DNA from: a virus
Lineage: Duplodnaviria > Heunggongvirae > Uroviricota > Caudoviricetes
DNA: 64,000 nucleotides
Virus record (IMG/VR): IMGVR_UViG_3300014208_000001
Location: 229,318 to 293,317 of that record
Reading direction: 5' to 3' (one strand)
A model generated the notes under the pieces. It saw only the letters and a list, made by a program, of their open reading frames with translations, had not been told where the DNA came from and did not search any database. Each line of letters begins with the position of its first letter. Within the stretch, counting starts at the first letter, position 1. Position numbers and translations under genes: made by a program. This document shows, one piece after another, positions 9,979-20,549 of this stretch.

Positions 9979-10512
9979 CTACTTCGGAAAATGAAACCCA
10001 CGATCACCCCACTTAATACCATTATAATTAATAGCTAATATTTTATAATCATACACAGCTGGAAGCGATGCATTTATAGCACTTTCTAATGTGGTTTTTA
10101 GATTTTTAACTTCAGTCTCAGTAGTTGTACTTGGTAATGAATCCCAATGATGCTGGCCGCCATAACCAGTCCACGTAGTACCATTAGATATAATAGTCAT
10201 TTGTGGTTCTGGTTGTTCAGAGATAGCATCAGTAGTGACTAAATTAAACGCTGTAATCATCAACTTTGGCGGTTGTTCACCAAATTGAGGTGTAATAGAT
10301 AAACCATTCGTATAGCTATCAAATTGACCAAATGATGCTTCTTGACCACTTCCAGGCATTGCAAGATTAATAGTTGTAATGCTGCTTAATGCTGTGTATA
10401 CAAGCCTTGATATTGTTTGTAATTCTCTAGTGTTTTCAGATCTTTTACCAGGTTCAACCGGGAAAAGTTCAATTTGCAAAGTAAACGGTACATATTTCAT
10501 AATCAACTCCAA
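9979..10512 (-). CDS. Hypothetical protein
   Basis: 177 aa ORF with GGAG RBS. Confidence 0.6.
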   Translation of the reverse strand: MELIMKYVPFTLQIELFPVEPGKRSENTRELQTISRLVYTALSSITTINLAMPGSGQEASFGQFDSYTNGLSITPQFGEQPPKLMITAFNLVTTDAISEQPEPQMTIISNGTTWTGYGGQHHWDSLPSTTTETEVKNLKTTLESAINASLPAVYDYKILAINYNGIKWGDRGFHFPK

Positions 10513-10551
10513 AGTTATTATATATTTGATTGGTTTAGACGCATAGGTTAA

Positions 10552-10959
10552 TTACATATCATCAAGTTCATTAAAAAACGTATCAACAAAATCACAATCA
10601 AATATATCAACTAATATAATATTATTAAATTTGTCAACATGTATGTGTACTTTATTATTAATTATCCCATGTTCATAATTAACTGACATTAATATATCTT
10701 TTTTATCATCGCGCATAATTACATTTATGAATCCATCTGTTACTCTAACTTTTATTATTGAATATCCGTATATAATAGTATTCAATAATATTTCTCTAAA
10801 AACAACATAACAAATATTGCTGATAATATCTTCGCAACTAGTTAATGTTCGTTGATAACAAATATCAATAGCATCTTTTATTACAATGGAGTCCAATACT
10901 TTATCTATTAAATTTATCATTTCAATATCAGAATTTTTATCTATATTGATATCTGCCAT
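10552..10959 (-). CDS. Hypothetical protein
   Basis: 135 aa ORF. Confidence 0.5.
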   Translation of the reverse strand: MADINIDKNSDIEMINLIDKVLDSIVIKDAIDICYQRTLTSCEDIISNICYVVFREILLNTIIYGYSIIKVRVTDGFINVIMRDDKKDILMSVNYEHGIINNKVHIHVDKFNNIILVDIFDCDFVDTFFNELDDM

Positions 10960-10994
10960 GCGTTCTTATTACAAACACATATGACATTGTAAAA

Positions 10995-12710
10995 TCATTT
11001 TTCATATACAAAACAAATTTTCCTACCGCCATATTGCTTTATATATCCATGATGTTCAGCGTATTGTGATTCTACCATATTATTTCTGATAGCTCTGTTA
11101 TACAACGTTTTCTTATGCAATATGCTATTGTCTTGACCAATATACCAATAATCTGATTCAACATAATGGTCAAGTTTGAAATTCAATGCTTTGTATACAG
11201 ATCCAAAATGTCCAACGGTTAAATCTGAATACGCAATAAATGTATCATAATCAATCGAGTCAATCGCTCTCGATATAAACCACGATACTAAATTATATTT
11301 TCTATATGTTGGATTAACACAAATTCGTGATATTTCTATGGCATCATTATATTTATGACTAATATTTTGCCTTATTAACGAGCTAAATAACACACATATT
11401 ACCAATTCATCATTTAAATATGCGCCATATGCAATACCTCCCCTAGCAGCTCCTAAATAGTGATACGCATCAAGTATTTTCTTTGCTTCATCGTACGATA
11501 CTTCTTTTATTATCAATTCATCAAATGAATAATCGGTAGTTGCATTCAATCGTAATTTAGATAATATTCTGTCTTTAATGTTATCGACATTGTTAAATTC
11601 ATGCTCCCACACATATATTAAATGGTCATTTTGATAATACTTATCTAAAAAATTGAATTTTCTTCTATCATTATTACGAACTCTATCTAAAGAATGCCAG
11701 TAATCACCTTGTACTTCAATTAATAGATTATAATCTTTATAATATTTCTCGATCATACAATCGAATGAATAAAATCCTCGTAATGTCTCTTTTGATTCTT
11801 TGATAAATTTTATATTCAATGATTGTAATAAATCATATAGTAACTGCTGTGGGCGACTAACATTATCTCTTTGTGTTAGTCTCTTATTTGCTATGTGAAC
11901 TGCATATTCATCATCATTGAATTTATCTTTATTAGACTGAATGACTTTATCTCTAAAATTTTGGTTTTGCCATTTAACTATTGATGCATTAGATAATGAA
12001 TCGCTAGATGGCCCTGTCCTAACTATTGGAACAGTATCAAATTTTATTTTAAGATCTGTGCATAAATCAACTATACCTGTTTTAAGCATTCCATATTTCG
12101 ACATGACATATGATATGTTATTATTTTTAATATCATTTTCAAACTCTGCAAAATCAACTTCATGATATTCAGGTAATATATGATTTAAAATATTAGTCGG
12201 TCCTTTGTTGTCTTTTAAATCTATATTAAATTCAATAAGTGATTTTCTTATTCTACTATATGACCATCCAGTATGTTTAGCTATAATATTTATTGATGAT
12301 ATCTGATACGCTCGGTTAAGCCATTTATATTGTTCCCATTTCCACCTTGGTGTTATATTTTGTTTATTTATAGATCTTGATAAATTATTAGATCGTAATT
12401 TTATACCTGATGATTTCATAAAATTGCGCATTACTGAATATGATACGTTATATTTTATAGCTAGTTTAGATATTGGCATACCGTTTGCATATAATTCTGA
12501 TATTTCATCTTTTGGTAAATCATTGATTAATAATCTGCTCTCTGATACAGTCCTTGATTTAATACCATATTTATCAGCATACTGTAATAATAGTACATCT
12601 GATACTTTTAATTCGTCAGCTATTTGTCTCCAACTTTTGCGATTTACGCAATATTCATTTATGAGGAGTTCTTTAGTTATTTTATCATAATTTAGCATGC
12701 CCAAATCCAA
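10995..12710 (-). CDS. HTH repeats + Vsr/DUF559-like endonuclease + C-terminal Mom-like GNAT domain
   Basis: FD...LLIEVQGDYWHSL..ND..K..WEHE nuclease motif; YHYLG..EISRIC..NLVSWFISR..IAYSD..GH.G.VYKA.NF Mom-like motif. Confidence 0.7.
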   Translation of the reverse strand: MDLGMLNYDKITKELLINEYCVNRKSWRQIADELKVSDVLLLQYADKYGIKSRTVSESRLLINDLPKDEISELYANGMPISKLAIKYNVSYSVMRNFMKSSGIKLRSNNLSRSINKQNITPRWKWEQYKWLNRAYQISSINIIAKHTGWSYSRIRKSLIEFNIDLKDNKGPTNILNHILPEYHEVDFAEFENDIKNNNISYVMSKYGMLKTGIVDLCTDLKIKFDTVPIVRTGPSSDSLSNASIVKWQNQNFRDKVIQSNKDKFNDDEYAVHIANKRLTQRDNVSRPQQLLYDLLQSLNIKFIKESKETLRGFYSFDCMIEKYYKDYNLLIEVQGDYWHSLDRVRNNDRRKFNFLDKYYQNDHLIYVWEHEFNNVDNIKDRILSKLRLNATTDYSFDELIIKEVSYDEAKKILDAYHYLGAARGGIAYGAYLNDELVICVLFSSLIRQNISHKYNDAIEISRICVNPTYRKYNLVSWFISRAIDSIDYDTFIAYSDLTVGHFGSVYKALNFKLDHYVESDYWYIGQDNSILHKKTLYNRAIRNNMVESQYAEHHGYIKQYGGRKICFVYEK

Positions 12711-12721
12711 ACGCTAATCAA

Positions 12722-12763
12722 AATACAAAAGAAAAGCCACGAGAGAAATTCTCTCGTGGCTTT
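12722..12763 (-). terminator. Rho-independent terminator
   Basis: 13-bp perfect stem AAAGCCACGAGAG / CTCTCGTGGCTTT with a U-rich tail on the minus strand, just downstream of 12782-13186. Confidence 0.9.
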
Positions 12764-12781
12764 AACGACCTCAAGTGTGCT

Positions 12782-13186
12782 TTACAGTGCTCTAAGATCA
12801 GCTTGTAGATCTTGAGTTGTAATACCAGCGGTTGTGTTGGCGAGGAACTTATCCTGACCAATTTGGAATGCGAAGTCAATCGCGGTCAAGTTAGCTTGAG
12901 CAGACGCAAACGTCACAGGCGTAGTTAGGCCAATGACAATCGGAAAACCACGGCTTGCGCCGTAACGTGCTTCGCCGCAGTATGGGCTGAAGTCCGAAAC
13001 TGATGTGTCTCTTGCAAGCGTTGTCACCAGTTGCTCTTCACCGGGGACCATCATCGTCAATGGACGTAGACGTTTGATGATAGCCGCGATGGACTCATAC
13101 CGATTGAATTGGCGGAATGAGCGCACATTGAGATAGACGCTAATCGTTGAATTAAGAGGTTGGGCGGTAGCCATTGTAATCTCCAA
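12782..13186 (-). CDS. Probable abundant structural protein (head decoration-like), unknown family
   Basis: Higher GC and host-like codon use, GGAG RBS, own strong terminator; probable start MATAQ at 13174. Confidence 0.5.
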   Translation of the reverse strand: MEITMATAQPLNSTISVYLNVRSFRQFNRYESIAAIIKRLRPLTMMVPGEEQLVTTLARDTSVSDFSPYCGEARYGASRGFPIVIGLTTPVTFASAQANLTAIDFAFQIGQDKFLANTTAGITTQDLQADLRAL

Positions 13187-13259
13187 AAATCTCTAATCTT
13201 ACTACACTCTTGAGGTCGTTCCTCCATATTATTTTTGAATAAAAGTTATATTGCTTCAT

Positions 13260-13553
13260 TTATTCTTTTATTGACCTAACAGCAGCGATACCAATTTCTC
13301 CAGCAGGAGAAGGAATACATTCTGACGCAATATATGAAATAGAACTATTTAATATTTCATCTCCACGATCATCATAATCAATTATATTAACAAATATATT
13401 AACACCTTCATCAATAATAAATTCTGGAGCAGATTGGTCTCGATATAATTCATGCGTAATTCTGGACGCATCACCTATAGTAATATTAAATTCTCTACTC
13501 TTAACATTATTGTACATCTTTGGTAATAAAAACGTATACCCATATCGTTGCAT
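13260..13553 (-). CDS. Hypothetical protein
   Basis: 97 aa, 1-nt overlap with the gmd stop. Confidence 0.5.
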   Translation of the reverse strand: MQRYGYTFLLPKMYNNVKSREFNITIGDASRITHELYRDQSAPEFIIDEGVNIFVNIIDYDDRGDEILNSSISYIASECIPSPAGEIGIAAVRSIKE

Positions 13554-14521
13554 TATTTGCCTTTCAATAGTTGAAAGTCATTTTCAACCATAATAGAAAC
13601 CAATGACTCAAAAGATGTGGACGGAACCCATCCTAATTTGCTTTTAGCTTTCGAATAATCGCCAAGCAACAAATCAACTTCAGCCGGTCTTATAAATTTT
13701 GGATCAATTTCAACATATTTCTCCCAATTCAATGCGGCATAATCAAAAGCATATTGTACAAATTCTTTAACCGTGTGCGTTTCGCCAGTAGCAATAACAT
13801 AATCTTCTGGAGTATCTTGTTGAAGCATTAACCACATCATTTCACAGTAATCTGGGGCATATCCCCAATCTCTTTTTGAATCAAGATTACCTAAGAATAA
13901 CTTATCTTGCAATCCTAATTTAATCCTGGCAACTGCAGAACTAATTTTTCTAGTTACAAATTCAATACCACGCCTTTCGCTTTCATGATTGAATAATATA
14001 CCAGATACATTAAACATATTATAACTCTCTCGATAATTAACAGTAATCCAATGTGCAAATAATTTAGCAACTCCATATGGACTTCTGGGGTAAAATGGCG
14101 TATTCTCGGTTTGAGGAGTTTGCTGTACTTTACCAAACATTTCACTAGATGACGCTTGATAAAATTTGATATTTTTATCACATGCTCTTATAGCCTCCAA
14201 AACCTTCAATGGTCCAATAGCAGTAAATTCAGCAGTCGCTATTGGCTGTTCAAACGATGTACCGACAAATGATTGAGCCGCTAAATTGTAGATCTCGTCT
14301 GGCTGAACAGATTTGATTATTCTTGATAATGCTGCTTGATCCAACAAATCAGCTTGATGCAATATTAATTTATCTATTATGTGCATTATACGATCATATT
14401 TTGCGATACTAGTTCTTCTTATTATACCATGAACTTCATATCCTTTTTCTAAAAGCAATTCGGCCAAAAATGATCCATCTTGGCCTGTCACACCGGTTAT
14501 CAACGCTGTTTTCTTAGACAT
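13553..14521 (-). CDS. gmd: GDP-mannose 4,6-dehydratase
   Basis: [72 protein letters not shown]. Confidence 0.97.
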   Translation of the reverse strand: MSKKTALITGVTGQDGSFLAELLLEKGYEVHGIIRRTSIAKYDRIMHIIDKLILHQADLLDQAALSRIIKSVQPDEIYNLAAQSFVGTSFEQPIATAEFTAIGPLKVLEAIRACDKNIKFYQASSSEMFGKVQQTPQTENTPFYPRSPYGVAKLFAHWITVNYRESYNMFNVSGILFNHESERRGIEFVTRKISSAVARIKLGLQDKLFLGNLDSKRDWGYAPDYCEMMWLMLQQDTPEDYVIATGETHTVKEFVQYAFDYAALNWEKYVEIDPKFIRPAEVDLLLGDYSKAKSKLGWVPSTSFESLVSIMVENDFQLLKGK

Positions 14522-14569
14522 ACAACACTCCAGTTATGTATATATTTACTAAAAAAGATAAATAAACCT

Positions 14570-14833
14570 ATGCATACGATACTAACATACAGATCAACAT
14601 CAGAACTCAATAAACACATTCCAGAAAATTATACTGGATCAATAAAATTACGTCTTGACATAACACACAAAAATATATCATATATAATAGATCCGTGTAT
14701 CTATTCATTAGATAAACAATTAATTAAATTAACAATATTGGAACACGATTCAATAGACGAAGAAGTATACGATGGAATACAAGCAATATTAAGAAGTGTG
14801 TTGTTAATGCTTACGCAATGTAATATTTCCTAG
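14570..14833 (+). CDS. Hypothetical protein (probable start 14570)
   Basis: Part of ORF 14480-14833 that does not overlap gmd. Confidence 0.4.
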   Translation: MHTILTYRSTSELNKHIPENYTGSIKLRLDITHKNISYIIDPCIYSLDKQLIKLTILEHDSIDEEVYDGIQAILRSVLLMLTQCNIS

Positions 14834-15629
14834 GTCTAGGCCCATATAATTTATGGTCGCCTGGCCCAATACAACTAGACGACGCGTAATGTAAAAAACT
14901 GGTAGTTAATATAGCATTATGCGATAAATATAATCCTATTAATCTTTCAAAGACATGTGGTGTCCATAACCCAATATCATCAAGTGTCATTTTGCTAGCT
15001 ACAGTCATCAATTTACCACCAAGTTCAATAAATTCATCATAATTGCACGCAAATTGATGTGCATAAATCATCTGTGGTTTCTTCCTAAGAGCATACTCAT
15101 ATATTATTTTATCATACTTCGCAATAAGATCCCAAACTTTAATATTAGAATCAAATTCACACGTAAACATTGGATCAGAATCTATATTGAACATTGGGTG
15201 TGGTTTCACAACCATATCCTTAAAAGCTTTTTTATGATCTGAATTTATAGTTAATCCTATATTATGATTAGCTATATTATCACTAATATATTTAAATATA
15301 GTTTTAATATTATGATTAGTTCTAATATCGGTATGTAAAAATGCTACGTTACATCCATCAAGTAACTCTTTGGCATGTTTCCATACGGTTAGTATTACTG
15401 ATGATTCAAATAATGCACTATTCCAACTAGCGTACGTCGGATAAAAATCATTGGCTTCAGATAAATTAACATTTATCATTTTAGTTGTGCCGCATGATAT
15501 TTTAATAAATTCAACATCATCTATATTATATGCACTAGGTTCGAATAGTGCTACAGACTGTGGGTGGCACAGAACAAACACTTTAGTCTTCAAATTGGAC
15601 TCCGATACCTTGGATTTTAATTTCAACAA
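14811..15629 (-). CDS. Glycosyltransferase-like protein (DUF4422-like)
   Basis: ESSVI..VWK, FLHTD and VFERLIG motifs; context in the gmd cluster. Confidence 0.5.
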   Translation of the reverse strand: MLKLKSKVSESNLKTKVFVLCHPQSVALFEPSAYNIDDVEFIKISCGTTKMINVNLSEANDFYPTYASWNSALFESSVILTVWKHAKELLDGCNVAFLHTDIRTNHNIKTIFKYISDNIANHNIGLTINSDHKKAFKDMVVKPHPMFNIDSDPMFTCEFDSNIKVWDLIAKYDKIIYEYALRKKPQMIYAHQFACNYDEFIELGGKLMTVASKMTLDDIGLWTPHVFERLIGLYLSHNAILTTSFLHYASSSCIGPGDHKLYGPRPRKYYIA

Positions 15630-16419
15630 AATCTGGGCCAGATAATTTGTAATTAATATAGCTTATTAATTCATTATTATTCCAATGCATATGAGTACCA
15701 AGCAATGTTTTAAATTTATGTGACCATTTTTTGTGTAGCATATGGAATAATTTCCAATATGATGCATCGCTCATGCTGGTTGAATATTTACCATAATGAA
15801 TAATAGGTAAATTCGCAGCATATACACCATATTTTTTAGCTCTGGCTTGTAAACATATATCAGTTCCATAAAAATGGAAACCATTTAAATCTTCATCGAA
15901 TATCAATTTAGTCTTTTTATTCAAAACAAATAAACACTCATCGACACAATGAACTTTCATTGTGTCTTTAATACCATCCCATGATGGTTTGATTTCATTA
16001 TCTGACCCATATACCACTCCAACGGCAACCTGCGAATGTTTGTAACCACCCCATTTACCTATGTTCCTAATCGAGAATTTCCGACCAATACCAGCACATC
16101 CTATTATGCCCCAATCTGGGCATGATTCTATAATATTCACTAATTTGTCAAACCATTTATCAGTAAATTTAACATCTTGGTGTGTGAAGATTAAATTATC
16201 TGATTTAGCACATCTAATGGCCGCATTATATGCTGCCGGCATAGTATAAATATTATTAGTATTTATAATTGGTATGATTTCGCAATCGTATTTTCCTCTA
16301 ACATCGTTCAGTGATTTTATTATACATTCGTTGTATACTTTTTTATTCGACACACATGTTATTATTGAAAATTTAGACATGTGAGCAAAAATTTCTTGGA
16401 GGACAAACAATGGCAACAC
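15583..16419 (-). CDS. GT-A fold glycosyltransferase (GT2-like)
   Basis: AAYN.AI..AK..LIFTHQDV (DxD-like), VDEC.F, FHFYGTDICLQA. Confidence 0.8.
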   Translation of the reverse strand: MLPLFVLQEIFAHMSKFSIITCVSNKKVYNECIIKSLNDVRGKYDCEIIPIINTNNIYTMPAAYNAAIRCAKSDNLIFTHQDVKFTDKWFDKLVNIIESCPDWGIIGCAGIGRKFSIRNIGKWGGYKHSQVAVGVVYGSDNEIKPSWDGIKDTMKVHCVDECLFVLNKKTKLIFDEDLNGFHFYGTDICLQARAKKYGVYAANLPIIHYGKYSTSMSDASYWKLFHMLHKKWSHKFKTLLGTHMHWNNNELISYINYKLSGPDFVEIKIQGIGVQFED

Positions 16420-16634
16420 GGTTAGTGAATATCACGAACATTTCAAATCAAATTGTTCCGATACTTTATGGTACAATCGACGCTGCTAAAAGCAATTCAA
16501 CTGTCGATTATACCAAATCAGGCACATTGATTATATCACCAAGCACTTCAATTGAAATAGAAAAACAGCGTACAGACGCTGGTCAATTAGATCAATTGAA
16601 GAACAAAAAAATAATAACAGTTACTGAACGATAG
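16410..16634 (-). CDS. Small putative virion protein, paralog of 5261-5476
   Basis: Visual alignment; overlaps both neighbours. Confidence 0.55.
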
Positions 16635-17583
16635 GCACAGTATCTAATAATGCTTTGGCTTCATCAGTAAACCCCAAAGCATTAAATAAGTTAGCCAATC
16701 TATGTGCGTATGTATGTGCTGACAAAACATCTTTACGTTGTTCATCTGATTTCTTTTGTATATGATCTGGTGGCATATTAGCCCAATAATGACACATATC
16801 ACTAAATTCAGCCGGATTTCTAGCAATCAATAAAGATGGTATTTGATCTGCCAATGATTGTGTATTGTCATGAACAGCAACAGTGCCACTCATTATAATT
16901 TTAAAAACACGTTCAGGAACATCAATACCATATTGATGAGTATGCGGCTCACTTATACATGGCCCAACCGATCCGGATGACAAAAAATTTGGGACATCAT
17001 TATCGGTTATACCACCGCTACAATGATTATGAGACCATTCGCCCCATCCATATAATTTATACGTTAAAGTACCACCAGTCAATAATGGTAACAAATATGC
17101 ATCTATTGATTTAGATTTATATGCCCATTTGCCGCCAACATAAACTATATCATATTTCTTGTTATTTTCATACTTCTTATTAAACAATGTTATATCAGCT
17201 GCGTTAGCCATTGGAACCCATTTGATACCATATTTCGATTCCCAATATGACCAATAATCGCGATCTTTCTCAAACCCATATCCAAATACAACGTTTGGAT
17301 TTTGACTTATTGTCCATTTAATGCTTTCATTTGATTCATTTATTTGACCAAGATCTTTTTGGCCACATGGATTAACATGAATTGCTATTTTGGTTCTTGA
17401 TTTTGGTATTGGTTGCCTATGCCCAGAACAACCAATATATAAATCTGGGTCATATGCATGCCATGATTCTGGTGACCCATTCCACCTCATCGCATTTATT
17501 TTAGCTGATCGTAATGTATTTAACCACGACTCAGATATATATCCATATGCACCACCAGGCTTGTGTGTTAGTAATACTCTCAT
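16621..17583 (-). CDS. GT-B glycosyltransferase (CgeB / Glyco_trans_1_2-like)
   Basis: YDIVYVGG, KLYGWG, GPCISE....V.ERVFKI..SG, HTY.HR. Confidence 0.75.
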   Translation of the reverse strand: MRVLLTHKPGGAYGYISESWLNTLRSAKINAMRWNGSPESWHAYDPDLYIGCSGHRQPIPKSRTKIAIHVNPCGQKDLGQINESNESIKWTISQNPNVVFGYGFEKDRDYWSYWESKYGIKWVPMANAADITLFNKKYENNKKYDIVYVGGKWAYKSKSIDAYLLPLLTGGTLTYKLYGWGEWSHNHCSGGITDNDVPNFLSSGSVGPCISEPHTHQYGIDVPERVFKIIMSGTVAVHDNTQSLADQIPSLLIARNPAEFSDMCHYWANMPPDHIQKKSDEQRKDVLSAHTYAHRLANLFNALGFTDEAKALLDTVPIVQ

Positions 17584-17584
17584 G

Positions 17585-17800
17585 TTAAATCCCGTAATTT
17601 ACCCATGTAATGTCTGATTTTGATGCGACAATTTCAACATCGTTATCATCTGCAAAAATTGTCGTCAATCCGCCTATTTCGATAATGTTTTTATTATCAG
17701 AATGTCCAACAATGACACCAGTAATACCTTTATTATAACAAAATTCAGCTACATTATTGGCTGCTTTTTTAAATTTAATAATGCACCCTGATTCAATCAT
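17585..17800 (-). CDS. Small hypothetical protein
   Basis: MIESGC start coupled to the upstream GT stop. Confidence 0.45.
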   Translation of the reverse strand: MIESGCIIKFKKAANNVAEFCYNKGITGVIVGHSDNKNIIEIGGLTTIFADDNDVEIVASKSDITWVNYGI

Positions 17801-19691
17801 TTTTGGTAGCTTTCGAAATCTGTTCGTTGTACTTACCAGATAATTGTTTATATTGGGCATTAAGTCTTATATCCATTGGCATACCATATAATTTAGCTTC
17901 GATTGCTTTATTTGCTGTATGACATTCACCCCATCCATCAGTCCTAGAATGCCATAAATGGACCAGATCAAATTCTCTACGTTCTAACCATTTAGAATTC
18001 TTCGATAATCTATTGTAAAATTCAGTATCTTCACATCCATATCCAACAAAATTTTCATTAAAAGCGCCAATTTTCCAATACGTTCTTATTTTACAAGCAA
18101 GTGACCCACCTTCATAATATCCAACAACTCTCTCACATAAAATCCGTTCATCAACAATACTGGTATCATATACAGTTTTAGCAGATTCATTACACGTATA
18201 GATAACAGTTTTACCCAAATGGCATGCTTCATACTCATTTAATATGTTAAAAACAGTTGACGCATAATTTCTTTGAACTATAGTATCAGCGTCATGCAAT
18301 ATAACAGAATCAGATGTTACTAATGATACTCCTTTATTGAAAGCTTTAGATTTATTAAAATGGGTATTTTCATGAACTAAACAATACGTGATTGGCATCA
18401 ATTCTTCAACATTAATATGTGTGCCATTATCGTGTTCAGAAATAACAATTTCAATATTTGGAAATGCTTGAGCACGTATGTTGTTTATAACTGATTTTAT
18501 AGCTTCTCCACGATCTATATTTCTAACAGGAATGACATACGATATTTTAGGCACCACAGCTTTGTAAGAACATTCAACATATTCAGAAACACGGTTTTTG
18601 TGCACTTCTTTTGCATGTTTAAGATGTGAAGATTTATCATCGATTATGGTTTTTTCTTTATGTATCACAAAATATTTATTCGAATTTAGTAAATCAAAAT
18701 ACCCTTTTTGTTGTAACCCCATTTCATATATGCGAGTTGACCAATCAACATGCTCCATACCATACATACCATACTCTTCATTAAAATATCCGCATTCTTT
18801 AATGCATTTATTTGTAAATGCTAGAACAGCACCATGTGGTTTTTCATCTGTTTTTAGATGAATGATACCATTTATATCAACTTGTAAACCTACCTCAGCA
18901 CCATATACACCTTCCTGCCTATAAATATAATGGTTAAATCCAGATCTCTTCATATGATCAAAATAGAAAGAATCCCATCCATCTTTTATTATTTCAACAT
19001 CATCATTTAATAGCATACCATATTTAAATCTGCTTAAACAATTTAATAATCTGTTTGAATTACCAGCTATACCCAATCGTTCATTATTGCGTATGATTAT
19101 AAATTTATGTTGATAAATATCTAGTAAATATTGATAATATGATAATAGTTCTTGATCATCGCTGTTATCATCACTAATGAAAATTGTTGTTTTGCGTAAA
19201 TCTGTGTATCTAACGATTGATTCTATTAATCTTTTAAATGATTCTGCTCTGTTATATGACAATATGCCAATACCTATATTATTACTAATAGCATAATCGC
19301 ATTTTGCTATGTTTTGTTTTAGTAGATCTGTCGCATCGACATTTATTCTTCTTCCTATTGGTGGTTTTATAATTTTTGGCGCTTTATTGACTATATTTTG
19401 GATACGTTTAGCTTGAATTTGTGCTCGTTGCTTTTGAGAGGCTTGAGTATTGATATGTTTTGGTTGTGGTTGTTTTTGTTGATTTATTCTTGCCACTAAT
19501 ACTGTATTTTGCTTTTGCGGTATAATAACAGTTTCATTAACAGATTGAATTTTGGTTATATATCCTCTGGCACAATATCTATCAAAAAAATCATTTAGAT
19601 GTTTTTTCTCTCTACTTTTTATTTGTATTGTTTTGCCATCTGGCCCAGGCAAATAAACTGTGTGATTATTGTTGTTGATGTATTCTGGCAT
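17793..19691 (-). CDS. Double GT2-domain glycosyltransferase with a Q/N/K/P-rich N-terminal extension
   Basis: Domain 1: ILSYNR..SDDNS..LLNDD..YGMEHVDW; domain 2: VIPVRN..FNKSKAFN..LHDAD..GYGCEDTEF. Confidence 0.85.
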   Translation of the reverse strand: MPEYINNNNHTVYLPGPDGKTIQIKSREKKHLNDFFDRYCARGYITKIQSVNETVIIPQKQNTVLVARINQQKQPQPKHINTQASQKQRAQIQAKRIQNIVNKAPKIIKPPIGRRINVDATDLLKQNIAKCDYAISNNIGIGILSYNRAESFKRLIESIVRYTDLRKTTIFISDDNSDDQELLSYYQYLLDIYQHKFIIIRNNERLGIAGNSNRLLNCLSRFKYGMLLNDDVEIIKDGWDSFYFDHMKRSGFNHYIYRQEGVYGAEVGLQVDINGIIHLKTDEKPHGAVLAFTNKCIKECGYFNEEYGMYGMEHVDWSTRIYEMGLQQKGYFDLLNSNKYFVIHKEKTIIDDKSSHLKHAKEVHKNRVSEYVECSYKAVVPKISYVIPVRNIDRGEAIKSVINNIRAQAFPNIEIVISEHDNGTHINVEELMPITYCLVHENTHFNKSKAFNKGVSLVTSDSVILHDADTIVQRNYASTVFNILNEYEACHLGKTVIYTCNESAKTVYDTSIVDERILCERVVGYYEGGSLACKIRTYWKIGAFNENFVGYGCEDTEFYNRLSKNSKWLERREFDLVHLWHSRTDGWGECHTANKAIEAKLYGMPMDIRLNAQYKQLSGKYNEQISKATKND

Positions 19692-20297
19692 TCATCGTAC
19701 CATTTCTAAATAATATGGGTCTATTTTATTGCCATTCATCACAGTGCGATAAACTGATGGTTTTATTATTAAATTGCCTTCGTATGAACCAATCCCTTTA
19801 TTAACGTATTCGATAAATCTATCATCTATATTTTCGATTTTGATAATCTCTTGAGTAGTCAAAATCTTTGAAAACAAATCACGTATGAAACCTGGTCCAA
19901 GAAATTTATTAATTGATATTCTGACATCTACTAACATTAGTTCATCATTATTGATTATAGTAAAATAAAATTGAGCTTTATCGAGCGCTATGGTATACAT
20001 TAATTCGATCAATTTATTTAATTTATCTGATGCAAATTTTAGCGCTATATTAGTATATCCACTACCATCATTAAGATCTAATTTGTTACCGCACCAATCA
20101 CTAAACATAATATATACCGTATCATTAGCCCTATCTCTTGTTACAATTATTGAAATACCTTCTTTTCCATAATGTTTAATAACATAAACTAACATGCCTT
20201 TGATAGCACGTTCATCAGTCATATTGAGTATATTTGGATATGGTAATACAGCAGGAAGATTAGATGTGCCAGACGCTGACATGTTCTTTGTAGTCAT
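19692..20297 (-). CDS. Hypothetical protein
   Basis: 201 aa ORF abutting the GT start. Confidence 0.55.
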   Translation of the reverse strand: MTTKNMSASGTSNLPAVLPYPNILNMTDERAIKGMLVYVIKHYGKEGISIIVTRDRANDTVYIMFSDWCGNKLDLNDGSGYTNIALKFASDKLNKLIELMYTIALDKAQFYFTIINNDELMLVDVRISINKFLGPGFIRDLFSKILTTQEIIKIENIDDRFIEYVNKGIGSYEGNLIIKPSVYRTVMNGNKIDPYYLEMVR

Positions 20298-20547
20298 GTT
20301 GGATTGCTGTCCATGTTCCGCGCCGTGATTTTCTGATCTTCGACAAATTTATCTGATACGTGTTTGACTCATATTCATAATCATCCAGTGCAGCTAATAA
20401 ATATGGCGTGCCTTCAAATATTATATACAATGTATGCGTTCTAATATCATACGCATGCACTATGCCATACCATGTCGTGAACCATTTAGTCCATATTATA
20501 GTATCACCAATCGCTGGTTCATATGCGTCAATTGGTTTCCTAATCAT
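20260..20547 (-). CDS. Hypothetical protein
   Basis: 95 aa ORF in the operon. Confidence 0.5.
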   Translation of the reverse strand: MIRKPIDAYEPAIGDTIIWTKWFTTWYGIVHAYDIRTHTLYIIFEGTPYLLAALDDYEYESNTYQINLSKIRKSRRGTWTAIQHDYKEHVSVWHI

Positions 20548-20549
20548 TA

